From: Methanobacteriota archaeon
Lineage (GTDB): Archaea > Thermoplasmatota > Poseidoniia > Poseidoniales > Thalassarchaeaceae
Direction: 5' to 3'
Assembly: GCA_016845365.1 (NCBI GenBank)
Contig: JAERST010000005.1
Span: forward strand, 12,846 to 76,845
DNA length: 64,000 nucleotides
A model generated the notes under the pieces. That model ran no database searches, had not been told where the DNA came from, and saw only the letters and a list, made by a program, of their open reading frames with translations. This document shows positions 1-8,092 of this stretch, piece by piece. Made by a program: the position numbers and the translations under genes. The first letter of the stretch is position 1, and every line of letters begins with the position of its first letter.

Positions 1-499
1 CGGCCTCTATCCAGAGGAGAATACGATCATTGAGATTGCGACAATTGTCACCGAGTCGGACCTAAGCGTGGTTGCAGAGGGTCCGAGCCTTGCAATCGAT
101 GTTGGTGAAGCGGAATTGGCTAAGATGGATGATTGGAATGTCGAGCATCACACCGAGAATGGATTGCTCGCGCGAATTGAATCGGATGGAGTCTCGATGG
201 CTGAGGCTGAGCAGGCAACCCTGGCTTTTCTTCGTCAGCACTGTGCGTCTGGTGCCTCCCCTCTCTGCGGGAATACGATTGGTCAAGACCGTCGCTTCCT
301 TCGCCGTTACATGCCTGAATTGTACGAATTTTTCCACTATCGCTCGGTTGATGTGACCAGTGTGAAAATCCTCGCGCGCGCGTGGTATCCAGATGTGCCG
401 AAGTGGCGCAAGAACTCTGGGCACCGAGCCCTCGATGATATTCGTGGAAGCATCGAGGAGCTCGACTACTATCGTCAGCATTTGTTTCGCGGCGAGTGA
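1..499 (+). CDS. orn: oligoribonuclease (DEDDh 3'-5' exoribonuclease), N-terminus cut by window edge
   Basis: The frame of ORF 68..499 stays open back to nt 2 (GLYPEENTIIEIATIVTESDL...). It is colinear with E. coli Orn blocks: IIEIAT.VT, MDDWN, CGN(S/T)IGQDRRFL, YMPEL..FHYR, H.A.DDIR.S..EL.YYR. Stop at 497-499. Confidence 0.85.
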   Translation, partial: GLYPEENTIIEIATIVTESDLSVVAEGPSLAIDVGEAELAKMDDWNVEHHTENGLLARIESDGVSMAEAEQATLAFLRQHCASGASPLCGNTIGQDRRFLRRYMPELYEFFHYRSVDVTSVKILARAWYPDVPKWRKNSGHRALDDIRGSIEELDYYRQHLFRGE

Positions 500-516
500 G
501 CCGGCGCTGCGCCGAG

Positions 517-1200
517 TCACTCGATCGCGTTGCCGCGGGCATCGGTGATGACGAGGTTGACTCCGAGGCCCGTGCGGTGGAAGCAGATTAGGTCGAGCCC
601 GTGAATGAGATGGCCGGTTCGGGCTCGGCCGAGTGCGCCTGAACCATCGAGTTCGGTTAGTGGTCGGCGCACTCCATCGACACCGTCGAACCATGGGAGA
701 TGGCCCTCAGGGGTGAATCGGACGCCGAGAATCATGTCTGTGCCTTCGGTCCACTGCGCGGCATCTGCATCCGCTCCGCTGGGAATTGCTGGTGCGTTTG
801 GATGGGTGTGAAGCCAATGGGTGAATCGACTGCCGCGCGAGCCACGGTCGACGGAGAATAATCCGTCCATCCATTCCTCAGGTACGTGGTGCACCTCGAA
901 TGAATTACCGCGATTTACGAGGTGCGGTTCGCCGAGCAGGTAGCCCTGCCCGGCGAATAGGCCGTCATTCCGGTCAGCACTGGCATAATTTTCCTCGACT
1001 TCGCGAGGATTTGCCCTCTCGTGGTTGACGTCCATTCCAACCAGGATTTCGTCGGGCAAGGATTGGAAGGTCCAGTCGAGGATGGTCGCGAGGTTCTGAA
1101 TCGGCATCAACAACACCGCAGCGTAAGCATCGCGGTTAGCCAACGAGTGAGCATTGTACTCACGCGCAGCATCGTGCAGCCATTGTGGAATCATACTCAT
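517..1200 (-). CDS. JAMM/MPN+-like metalloprotease domain protein
   Basis: HTHPNAPAIPSGAD fits the JAMM signature H-x-H-x7-S-x2-D. Start chosen at the ATG 1200-1198, which overlaps the upstream GNAT stop as ATGA. The usual upstream catalytic Glu block is not obvious. A region of about 110 aa precedes the motif. Confidence 0.6.
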   Translation of the reverse strand: MSMIPQWLHDAAREYNAHSLANRDAYAAVLLMPIQNLATILDWTFQSLPDEILVGMDVNHERANPREVEENYASADRNDGLFAGQGYLLGEPHLVNRGNSFEVHHVPEEWMDGLFSVDRGSRGSRFTHWLHTHPNAPAIPSGADADAAQWTEGTDMILGVRFTPEGHLPWFDGVDGVRRPLTELDGSGALGRARTGHLIHGLDLICFHRTGLGVNLVITDARGNAIE

Positions 1201-1691
1201 TCCTCCGCTGGCCCAAGAAGTCGCTCGACGATGACGACATCTCGCCAAACACCGTCGAGCATAGCGTGTTTGCGGTAAATTCCAACTTCACGGAAGCCAT
1301 GCTTGGCGAGCAAGGCGCGCGAGGATGTATTCTCAACAAAGACTCGCGAGAGAACTTTCCACTTTCCCCTCGCAACCAACTCAGTGAGGAAATCAGCCAT
1401 CAGAGCGTCCCCCATGCCCAATCCTCTAGCCGAATTATCGACGTAGACTGAGAATTGTGCCACGCCCACGTAACATGGTCTTGTGCGATATGGGAATGAG
1501 CGAACAAATCCCAGAACTCCCGTCTCATTTTCTGCTACCAGAACGAGTTCGGTTTCGTTCCAAGTCGATACCGATTCGACATTGGTGTGTTCAGTATTGA
1601 ATGTTGCAACACTCTCATCAATAATCTGATTGTAAATCACCGCGAGTGCTTCGCAGTCGCGCGATTCCATGGCTCGAATCAGAACACTCAT
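1197..1691 (-). CDS. GNAT N-acetyltransferase, phosphinothricin/methionine-sulfoximine acetyltransferase-like
   Basis: IRAMESRDCEALAVIYNQ..., VYVDNSARGLGMGDALM (acetyl-CoA loop R/Q-x-x-G-x-G/A) and ENTSSRALLAKHGFREVG are typical of PAT-type GNATs. The ATG 1691-1689 overlaps the receiver stop as ATGA. The ORF-track start at 1700 is GTG. Confidence 0.8.
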   Translation of the reverse strand: MSVLIRAMESRDCEALAVIYNQIIDESVATFNTEHTNVESVSTWNETELVLVAENETGVLGFVRSFPYRTRPCYVGVAQFSVYVDNSARGLGMGDALMADFLTELVARGKWKVLSRVFVENTSSRALLAKHGFREVGIYRKHAMLDGVWRDVVIVERLLGPAEE

Positions 1692-2041
1692 CGGCTCCAC
1701 ACCTCGTGTTCAGCAAGTCTGAATTTGACTATCGAGCCATCCGCTCCAGCGTACTCAAATCCCTCATTTGCCTCGCTGGAGCTACTAATCCCAAGTATCA
1801 ATCTCGGCCGGTCAATCTGACCGGCCGCAACCAATTCGAGCAAGCCACGAAGCACCTCATCCCCCTTCACCGGAGGGATGTAGTGGTCGAGTAAGAGCAC
1901 ATCCGGTACGAATTCGCGGATACGCTCGAAACAATCCATCGTATTCCAGTGCTGGCGTAACTCAACCGAGGTCAAATCCACACCCCCCTCACGAAGCAGC
2001 GCCTCGATATCATACGAGTCCTCGAAAGCCAGCACACGCAT
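1688..2041 (-). CDS. stand-alone CheY-like receiver domain protein
   Basis: MRVLAFEDS (acidic pair), DVLLLDHYIPPVKG (phospho-acceptor Asp context), ILGISSS (Ser/Thr) and SIVKF (Lys). Start at ATG 2041, 2 nt after the peptidase stop. No histidine kinase in the window. Confidence 0.65.
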   Translation of the reverse strand: MRVLAFEDSYDIEALLREGGVDLTSVELRQHWNTMDCFERIREFVPDVLLLDHYIPPVKGDEVLRGLLELVAAGQIDRPRLILGISSSSEANEGFEYAGADGSIVKFRLAEHEVWSR

Positions 2042-2043
2042 GC

Positions 2044-3975
2044 TCACATCTCCTGATGTTCCCACCACGGCGGCACATCGAACCACGCCTCTGAATCGCC
2101 GCCGCGATCAATAATCGGAACGGTCAATTCGAAATCCTTGATCTCCAACCCAGTCGAAGAACAAGGAGATGGCAAGTAATCCAGCCCAGTCTCAGTAAAT
2201 GTCAGAGAAATCCCTCCAGAAGGCACGATAACATCCATCGGATTGAATTCCATCAGCATGCGATAATCAGAGAAAGAAGCCGTCGGCTTTGCCTCATATC
2301 CACCATCGCGATATCGAACATCCATCGTAGCATGGCCAAGCCGCAAACCACTCTCAGCATCACTCATCGTAATGAATAATTGACCACCATTGCAAACACC
2401 AGTCGCCACATCGACATGGAAAGTCGGCAAGCCAGAGATGTGCTCAGGCCCATCGCCGAGAGTCAGTGAAACCGTGAATTCATCATTCCATCCAGTGACC
2501 CACTGGCCGCTGAAACCGCCTCCAACCTGAACCATCTCAACATCCTCGGGCGGCCAAGTTTCCTCCAAATGCCACCGCCCGTCATTTCGCTGCATCTGAA
2601 CATAGGAAGCCGGCTCCTCGCCAACCCCCTTCAGATAATATTCGAACCACGGAAACAGCTCGACAGCCCAATCAAATCGCGTCATATTCGGGTAGGCTTC
2701 GGCCCCGAAACCACTCGTTACCTCCGAGTGTCTATCCGGTTGATCGGGGTAGTTGTGCGCCCACTGACCCGCTATGGTGCGGACGTTGATGCCGGCGTTT
2801 TGGAGGAGTTGGTGAGTCGGGAAAGCGTGGTAGGGGTCGACGTTCCAATCCTGCATTCCCCAGACGATGTAAACGCTCCCGTCGTAATTGTCTAGAACAT
2901 CTTGCAAATGGTATCTCTCATCCCAATAATCGTTCCACTGGTCGCCACCGAAGCCCGCACCTAACCACGTCGTGAACGGGCTCAAAGGTCCAATCGCGTC
3001 ATCGCTACACATGCGCATATCGTCCTCGGTCGCGTCCGCCGTCGCTCCCTCGTACAGGACATCGTAGAGCATCGCCCGAGCCTCGGATGAGCCGTTGCGG
3101 TAGAACATCTGCTGGACTCCGATTGAACCCGAGATCGGGACGATGGTCTTGAGGTGGGGTGATGGGTTTTGGGCGGCTTCCCAATTGGTCGTTCCAGCGT
3201 AGGATTTGCCCATCAATCCGACATTGCCGTTCGACCATTCTTGCTCGCCCAACCAATGCACTGCCGCTTGGATTCCGATTTGTTCGCCTAATCCCTTGAC
3301 ATCTTGGCAGTGCGTCGATTTTCCAGTTCCGAATGTTGAGACTTGTGCTAATGCATAGCCGTGGGGGACGAATTGGTCTAACACCCACGCGCCGACTCCG
3401 GCGTCTGGTACTGTGTTTGGATTCGAGTCGTCTCCAGCGATTCCTTCGCCGCCGAAGTCGTAGTAGGGGTGGATGGTTGCGATCACCGGGACTTGTGTGC
3501 CGTTGGGTACGTCTGGCATCCACAGTGCGATGTGCATTAGGGCTGGTCCGGGGTATCCGACATCTTGCTCGCTTGCTGGCAGGTCAACCTCGACGAAGTG
3601 CTCGGTTGGGCCGGTCCAGGTGTAGGGGCCTGCTTCGGGTAGGACACTGCGCAGGCCTGTCATGTTGAGGTCCATGGTGTGGCGTTCGTGAACGGGGGTG
3701 TTCCACCAATCGTCTGAGTTTCCGCCTGCGATTCCTGGTCCTGCGGCGGTCCACAGGGTTGAGAGGATGAGCATTGCCACGATCGCGGTTACTCCGGTGA
3801 TTGCTAGGCTGCCGCCGATGAGCCAGCCTTGATTCATGGCGGTGAGGTCTTTTCCGATTCCAATGGCTTCGAGGTGGGCTCGGATATCGTATCCCTTGAC
3901 CTCTGGGCGTTCGACGATTACTGCCTCGAGGACGTCATCCTCGGAGTGATTGTGGTCGCAGCACTCCTCGCCCAT
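2044..3975 (-). CDS. membrane-anchored X-Pro dipeptidyl-peptidase / CocE-NonD family serine hydrolase (S15)
   Basis: GLMGKSYAGT nucleophile elbow (GxSYxG). The N-terminal cytoplasmic CCDHNH segment is followed by one TM helix (LIGGSLAITGVTAIVAMLILSTLW). The overall alpha/beta hydrolase plus C-terminal beta-sandwich layout is typical of S15. Confidence 0.8.
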   Translation of the reverse strand: MGEECCDHNHSEDDVLEAVIVERPEVKGYDIRAHLEAIGIGKDLTAMNQGWLIGGSLAITGVTAIVAMLILSTLWTAAGPGIAGGNSDDWWNTPVHERHTMDLNMTGLRSVLPEAGPYTWTGPTEHFVEVDLPASEQDVGYPGPALMHIALWMPDVPNGTQVPVIATIHPYYDFGGEGIAGDDSNPNTVPDAGVGAWVLDQFVPHGYALAQVSTFGTGKSTHCQDVKGLGEQIGIQAAVHWLGEQEWSNGNVGLMGKSYAGTTNWEAAQNPSPHLKTIVPISGSIGVQQMFYRNGSSEARAMLYDVLYEGATADATEDDMRMCSDDAIGPLSPFTTWLGAGFGGDQWNDYWDERYHLQDVLDNYDGSVYIVWGMQDWNVDPYHAFPTHQLLQNAGINVRTIAGQWAHNYPDQPDRHSEVTSGFGAEAYPNMTRFDWAVELFPWFEYYLKGVGEEPASYVQMQRNDGRWHLEETWPPEDVEMVQVGGGFSGQWVTGWNDEFTVSLTLGDGPEHISGLPTFHVDVATGVCNGGQLFITMSDAESGLRLGHATMDVRYRDGGYEAKPTASFSDYRMLMEFNPMDVIVPSGGISLTFTETGLDYLPSPCSSTGLEIKDFELTVPIIDRGGDSEAWFDVPPWWEHQEM

Positions 3976-4036
3976 CGGTTGGCTGACTCATGTCTGCCTC
4001 ATGAGATTGATGCTTCTACGAAGCATCGCGTCCCGC

Positions 4037-4921
4037 TCACGCGCGAGGGCGAAGTTCGAGGTCGAGGACTAGGTGATCCCAGTGCGGCGCGTAGGATTTG
4101 ATGCGGACACGCGCCGCTTCTGTGATGCTGAATTGTGGGGCTAGTTTCTCGAACTTCTGGATGGTTTCTTCGACCCAAGAATCGTGGTCTGAGGCTGGTG
4201 CAACTCCGTGAATGTGGAGGATTCCTCCCGATTCTTTGAGGCAGTTGACGGCGAGGTCGTAGCCGCCTTCTGCGGTTGGAAGCAGGCCGAGCACGATTCT
4301 GTCTGCAATTGTGGTGAGTTCTTGAGCAGTAATGCGGTTATCACCGGTGTGAATGGTGCATTTATCGCTCACACCGTTGTGTTCAAGCCCCCATTTGAGA
4401 GCCTCGATTGCATTCGGATTCCACTCGCAGGAATGCACATGCTCAACCTGCGAGTGAACAAGCATTGGCAAGGTGTAGTAGCCGATGCCACAGAATAGGT
4501 CTACGACGGTCTCGCCGGCGCGCCCAACTTCACCCATCCGCCGGCGCTCATTCACATTACCAGCTGAGAACATGCACTGGGTGAAGCGGTAGCCGTAATC
4601 GACTCCGTTTTCGCGGCGCACGACAAAATCATCCTCGCCAAGGAGCAACTCCACACTCGATTCGCGCCGCTCCCCGACAATCTCACCAATCCGCCCAACT
4701 CGCTCAACCTTGAGAGCATCAGCAACCGCACCCCAAAGTGCCTCGCCAGCCAAAGCTTCCCATTCAGATCCAGAGAATGCTCCTCGTTGCAAAAGCGCTA
4801 CATCAGCAAACTTCTCCCAGCGCTTCGGCAGCGCCTCGAGCAGAGACGAATCAGCGCCGGCTTGCTCAATCACCGAACCGACGGCTTCACGTAGCCGGCG
4901 GTGCGGATCCTCTCGGTGCAT
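4037..4921 (-). CDS. Met-10+ family tRNA modification enzyme (Trm5 / Taw2-TYW2 like)
   Basis: ENGVDYGYRFTQCMFSAGNVNERRR, SAM motif VVDLFCGIGYYTLP and GGILHIHG. Start moved to ATG 4921 (MHREDP...). The 101 upstream codons of ORF 4037..5224 are Arg/Ser-rich junk overlapping the divergent gene. Confidence 0.75.
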   Translation of the reverse strand: MHREDPHRRLREAVGSVIEQAGADSSLLEALPKRWEKFADVALLQRGAFSGSEWEALAGEALWGAVADALKVERVGRIGEIVGERRESSVELLLGEDDFVVRRENGVDYGYRFTQCMFSAGNVNERRRMGEVGRAGETVVDLFCGIGYYTLPMLVHSQVEHVHSCEWNPNAIEALKWGLEHNGVSDKCTIHTGDNRITAQELTTIADRIVLGLLPTAEGGYDLAVNCLKESGGILHIHGVAPASDHDSWVEETIQKFEKLAPQFSITEAARVRIKSYAPHWDHLVLDLELRPRA

Positions 4922-4983
4922 CGCCCCTTCGACGATGCGTGCCGGATTCAGACTTATTGCCTGTGACCGCACATCCGCGCGGC

Positions 4984-7965
4984 ATGCGCCGCGCGGCAGT
5001 CGCCCTAGTTCTGCTCTTGCTCTGCCAGAGCGTAGCCGCCGCACCGCCTCCTGGCGACCCCGAAGTCTCAAACGATATCTGTTCGACTTGGCAGACCGCT
5101 GATGGCATCTGCGACGATTATGATTCGACCCTCGATGAGACGAATTCCGACTCGTGGGTCGAAGGCCGAGTTCGAATGTTGATGGAGGATTCGACCACCA
5201 TCGAGATGACCATCGAACTCGCACTTTACGAATTGCCCAGAGATGATCTCGGGTTGCTCGACCTTGACCTCGAGGGCGATAGCAACCCGGCGGATGGCAT
5301 CCCTGCCGATTACATCCGCAATTACCGCGACCTAGTCCGCGATGGTTCGTCTGTCGAGGATAGGATGGTGGAGAAAATCGAGGAGATGATTCAAGAAATC
5401 GTCGACGAAAATTTCCCTGACGCGGTCATCGGACCGGTGCAACCGACCGCTGAAATCAACTTCTTTGCACGCGAGCGCGCGCAGTGTACGTACGACCCGG
5501 ACATCGATTCAATCGACGAGGAAGATGGCCGTCAAAACGACCCGTTTTTCCCGCCGATTTGTATGCGCTCAACCCTGAGTTTGAACATCGATCCAGCGAA
5601 CCTTGGAATGGACCCGCAAACGGGTGATGTGGACCGCATGATGCAGGGTCTGATGGTTATGGGAGCTGAGGTTGAATCCAATTTTTCGACTATTGCAACT
5701 GCCGGGCAGTACCTCGAATACACGATGATTCCGCCCGATTATGCAAGCGTTTCTGATGTCGATTCGCCGGGAGAAAGATTCCGCGTTGGCTTCACTTCTT
5801 GGGGCTCGAGAATCGCCGTTGACAACCTCGCTGGCTCGGCTCTTTCGCCGCCTCTTTCACTCGACCTTCGCGCCACCCTGGACGACGGTCGTGGGCCAAC
5901 CTCCTATCCGGCTCCTGAGTTGAGATTGGATTTGGTTGTCGATGCGCGTGACCGGATGAATAGCCGCATCGACCTCGACATCGATATCCACCATCTGAGT
6001 GCTGAGACGATTGCTGATTGGGGGCTCGACCTTGAGACCTCGACGATCAGTCTTGATTCGGTGAGCGCGGATGGAATTCGGATGTTTAATTCCGAATTGG
6101 ATAGCGATGTCGGCAGCTTACTGAGAACGCTCCCCATCGACTCTCTTTCGGCCACTTTTGCTGAGGCTCTGGGTGTAGATTTGATGTTCCAGCCACCATC
6201 ATTTGCTCCTGCGGATGATTTTGGTGGGCTGATGTTTCAGCATCGCCCTGGAGAAACTTGCAGGGAGAATTTGGCTTACCGATATTGTTTGGATGCGGGG
6301 GGCGGTGCTGGTATGACTAGCGCTTATCCTGTAGTTTTGCAGACGACTTCGATGCCTTCTCAGATGCAGGTTTCGAGCATCGTCAGTCGTCTGATTCAGC
6401 ACGCTGAGGGGGATATCGCGACGATGGATTTGTCGATATTGACCGATGAGGATTTGGCCGCAATGATGAGCGTGCTGGAGATGGAATTGGACTTCGATTT
6501 GAGCTATCTGCAGGACCTCTTGCCGGCGGATTTCCCGAGTGCGGATATCACCATGACGGTGCATCTCCCCGAATGGTTGGATTCGACGCACTCCGACCCA
6601 GATACATTGGTCTTCAGCGTGCCTCACACTGGCGGTTCGCAACAGTCGGTGGGTATTGCTGGGGCGCGCCCATTCGATTGGCAGCACGCCATCTGTTTGG
6701 AGAGTGGGCGCGGGATTGCTGGGGCGGCGAGCGAGTGTACTGATTCGAGTGAGGATTTGATTTGTGGCTCGAATCAGAAGACTTGCGTCTCGCTCGATGT
6801 CGAGATGGAAATCGAGCGCCTTGCGCTGCGCGAGACGCGGGCGGCAGTGGAATTCGAATTCTCTGCTGAGGTGACTCTCGAGTTGTATCGGCTGGGCCTG
6901 AAATTGGAGGAGGAGAATGTGGAGGTCTCGCCGATTCCAGCCGATCTGATTCGTCGAATGGTTGCTATCGGTGACCGTCGGGATGGTGGGCTATTGCTCG
7001 GCTCTGCGCAGAAAGCGACGATTCCGTTCAGCACTGGAGATTACGATATGGAGGTCTCAAATGAGGGCTTACTGGACTTGTCGTTTGCGCTCGCGGATGA
7101 GGTCGAGGCGAGTTTTGAGGAGATCGAACAGATAGGTGCACAAGACCTCGTTATCGGCACCAGAACCTTTGGCTCTGATCTGGATATTAAGGCGGTTCCG
7201 TTCTCGCTGGAGATTGAACCGATGATGATGCCGATGGATATGGAACCGAGTGACTTAGAGCCTGTTAAGGTCAAAGTTCGGATTGATTCTGCCTCGCTGA
7301 CCCTTGCCTTGGTCGATGACGAAATTCGGGTCAGCATCGCTCCGGCCGCAGTAAAAGCAAATCCCTTGGCTGCGGCGCTCGGCGACCTGGGCTTGGTCTT
7401 CTCAGACTTCGGTATCAGCACCGAGGGCGCCGTCTTCCATTCCATCGTTCCTCCGATAATGGAGCACACCTTGTGGGGAACGATTCGCAGTTCCGCACGC
7501 TTGCAAATCACAATGCCAGATAGCGTGCGACTAACCTCATTCGAAAGCGATCTGGGATTAGGAGAAATTCGTGAAGAAGAAGGACGGCAAATCCTCGTAT
7601 ACCGAACCCCGGTTTGCCCCACCGCAGATACTTGGACACAGTGCTACCGCGAGCACGATACCATTCGTTGGAGCGCTGAGGTTAGTTACGGATTGATTCT
7701 CGGCGAGCTCGCGCCTTACATCTTCGTTCTCGTCTTCTTCCTTGGCTTAGCCGTCAGCCGTTGGAAGCGGCGCCGCGACCAGAAAAAGGAAGCCGCGAAA
7801 GATGCAAATGCAGCGATGGAGGAGAAGATGCTCGAGATGGAATTCGCGGCGCAGATGGGCGAATTGGACGAGGTAATCATCACCGATGAACCGCCCGAAG
7901 CCGCGCTTAGGGATGCGGATGAGGAGCCCGAAGCATGGTGGTCCGACCAAAGTGAATCGTCGTGA
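4984..7965 (+). CDS. large acidic secreted protein with C-terminal TM anchor, unknown function
   Basis: ATG 4984 gives a signal-like N-terminus, MRRAAVALVLLLLCQSVAAAPPPG. The open frame is 993 aa and very Asp/Glu-rich. A C-terminal TM (YIFVLVFFLGLAV) is followed by RWKRRRDQKK and an acidic tail. I recognise no domain. Confidence 0.7.
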   Translation: MRRAAVALVLLLLCQSVAAAPPPGDPEVSNDICSTWQTADGICDDYDSTLDETNSDSWVEGRVRMLMEDSTTIEMTIELALYELPRDDLGLLDLDLEGDSNPADGIPADYIRNYRDLVRDGSSVEDRMVEKIEEMIQEIVDENFPDAVIGPVQPTAEINFFARERAQCTYDPDIDSIDEEDGRQNDPFFPPICMRSTLSLNIDPANLGMDPQTGDVDRMMQGLMVMGAEVESNFSTIATAGQYLEYTMIPPDYASVSDVDSPGERFRVGFTSWGSRIAVDNLAGSALSPPLSLDLRATLDDGRGPTSYPAPELRLDLVVDARDRMNSRIDLDIDIHHLSAETIADWGLDLETSTISLDSVSADGIRMFNSELDSDVGSLLRTLPIDSLSATFAEALGVDLMFQPPSFAPADDFGGLMFQHRPGETCRENLAYRYCLDAGGGAGMTSAYPVVLQTTSMPSQMQVSSIVSRLIQHAEGDIATMDLSILTDEDLAAMMSVLEMELDFDLSYLQDLLPADFPSADITMTVHLPEWLDSTHSDPDTLVFSVPHTGGSQQSVGIAGARPFDWQHAICLESGRGIAGAASECTDSSEDLICGSNQKTCVSLDVEMEIERLALRETRAAVEFEFSAEVTLELYRLGLKLEEENVEVSPIPADLIRRMVAIGDRRDGGLLLGSAQKATIPFSTGDYDMEVSNEGLLDLSFALADEVEASFEEIEQIGAQDLVIGTRTFGSDLDIKAVPFSLEIEPMMMPMDMEPSDLEPVKVKVRIDSASLTLALVDDEIRVSIAPAAVKANPLAAALGDLGLVFSDFGISTEGAVFHSIVPPIMEHTLWGTIRSSARLQITMPDSVRLTSFESDLGLGEIREEEGRQILVYRTPVCPTADTWTQCYREHDTIRWSAEVSYGLILGELAPYIFVLVFFLGLAVSRWKRRRDQKKEAAKDANAAMEEKMLEMEFAAQMGELDEVIITDEPPEAALRDADEEPEAWWSDQSESS

Positions 7966-8092
7966 CGTCCGCTATTTTCCTCACACGGAGCACACAGAGC
8001 TCACGGCCTTTGGCGAATTAACAGCCGTCCCTCATAGTCCACTCTCGGTGTCTCCGTGCCTCTGTGGTTAACACACCACCATCGTAGACTCG

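Noticed and set aside
4037-5224. Long N-terminal extensions of ORFs 4037..5224(-) and 4738..7965(+) that overlap each other by ~490 nt.
   Set aside because: The extensions are Arg/Ser/Pro-rich with no family similarity, and each is antisense to the other gene's real 5' region. Internal ATGs (4921, 4984) give a normal methyltransferase N-terminus and a signal peptide. They are typical high-GC open-frame artefacts. The same reasoning applies to 53535..53891 and 56828..57379.
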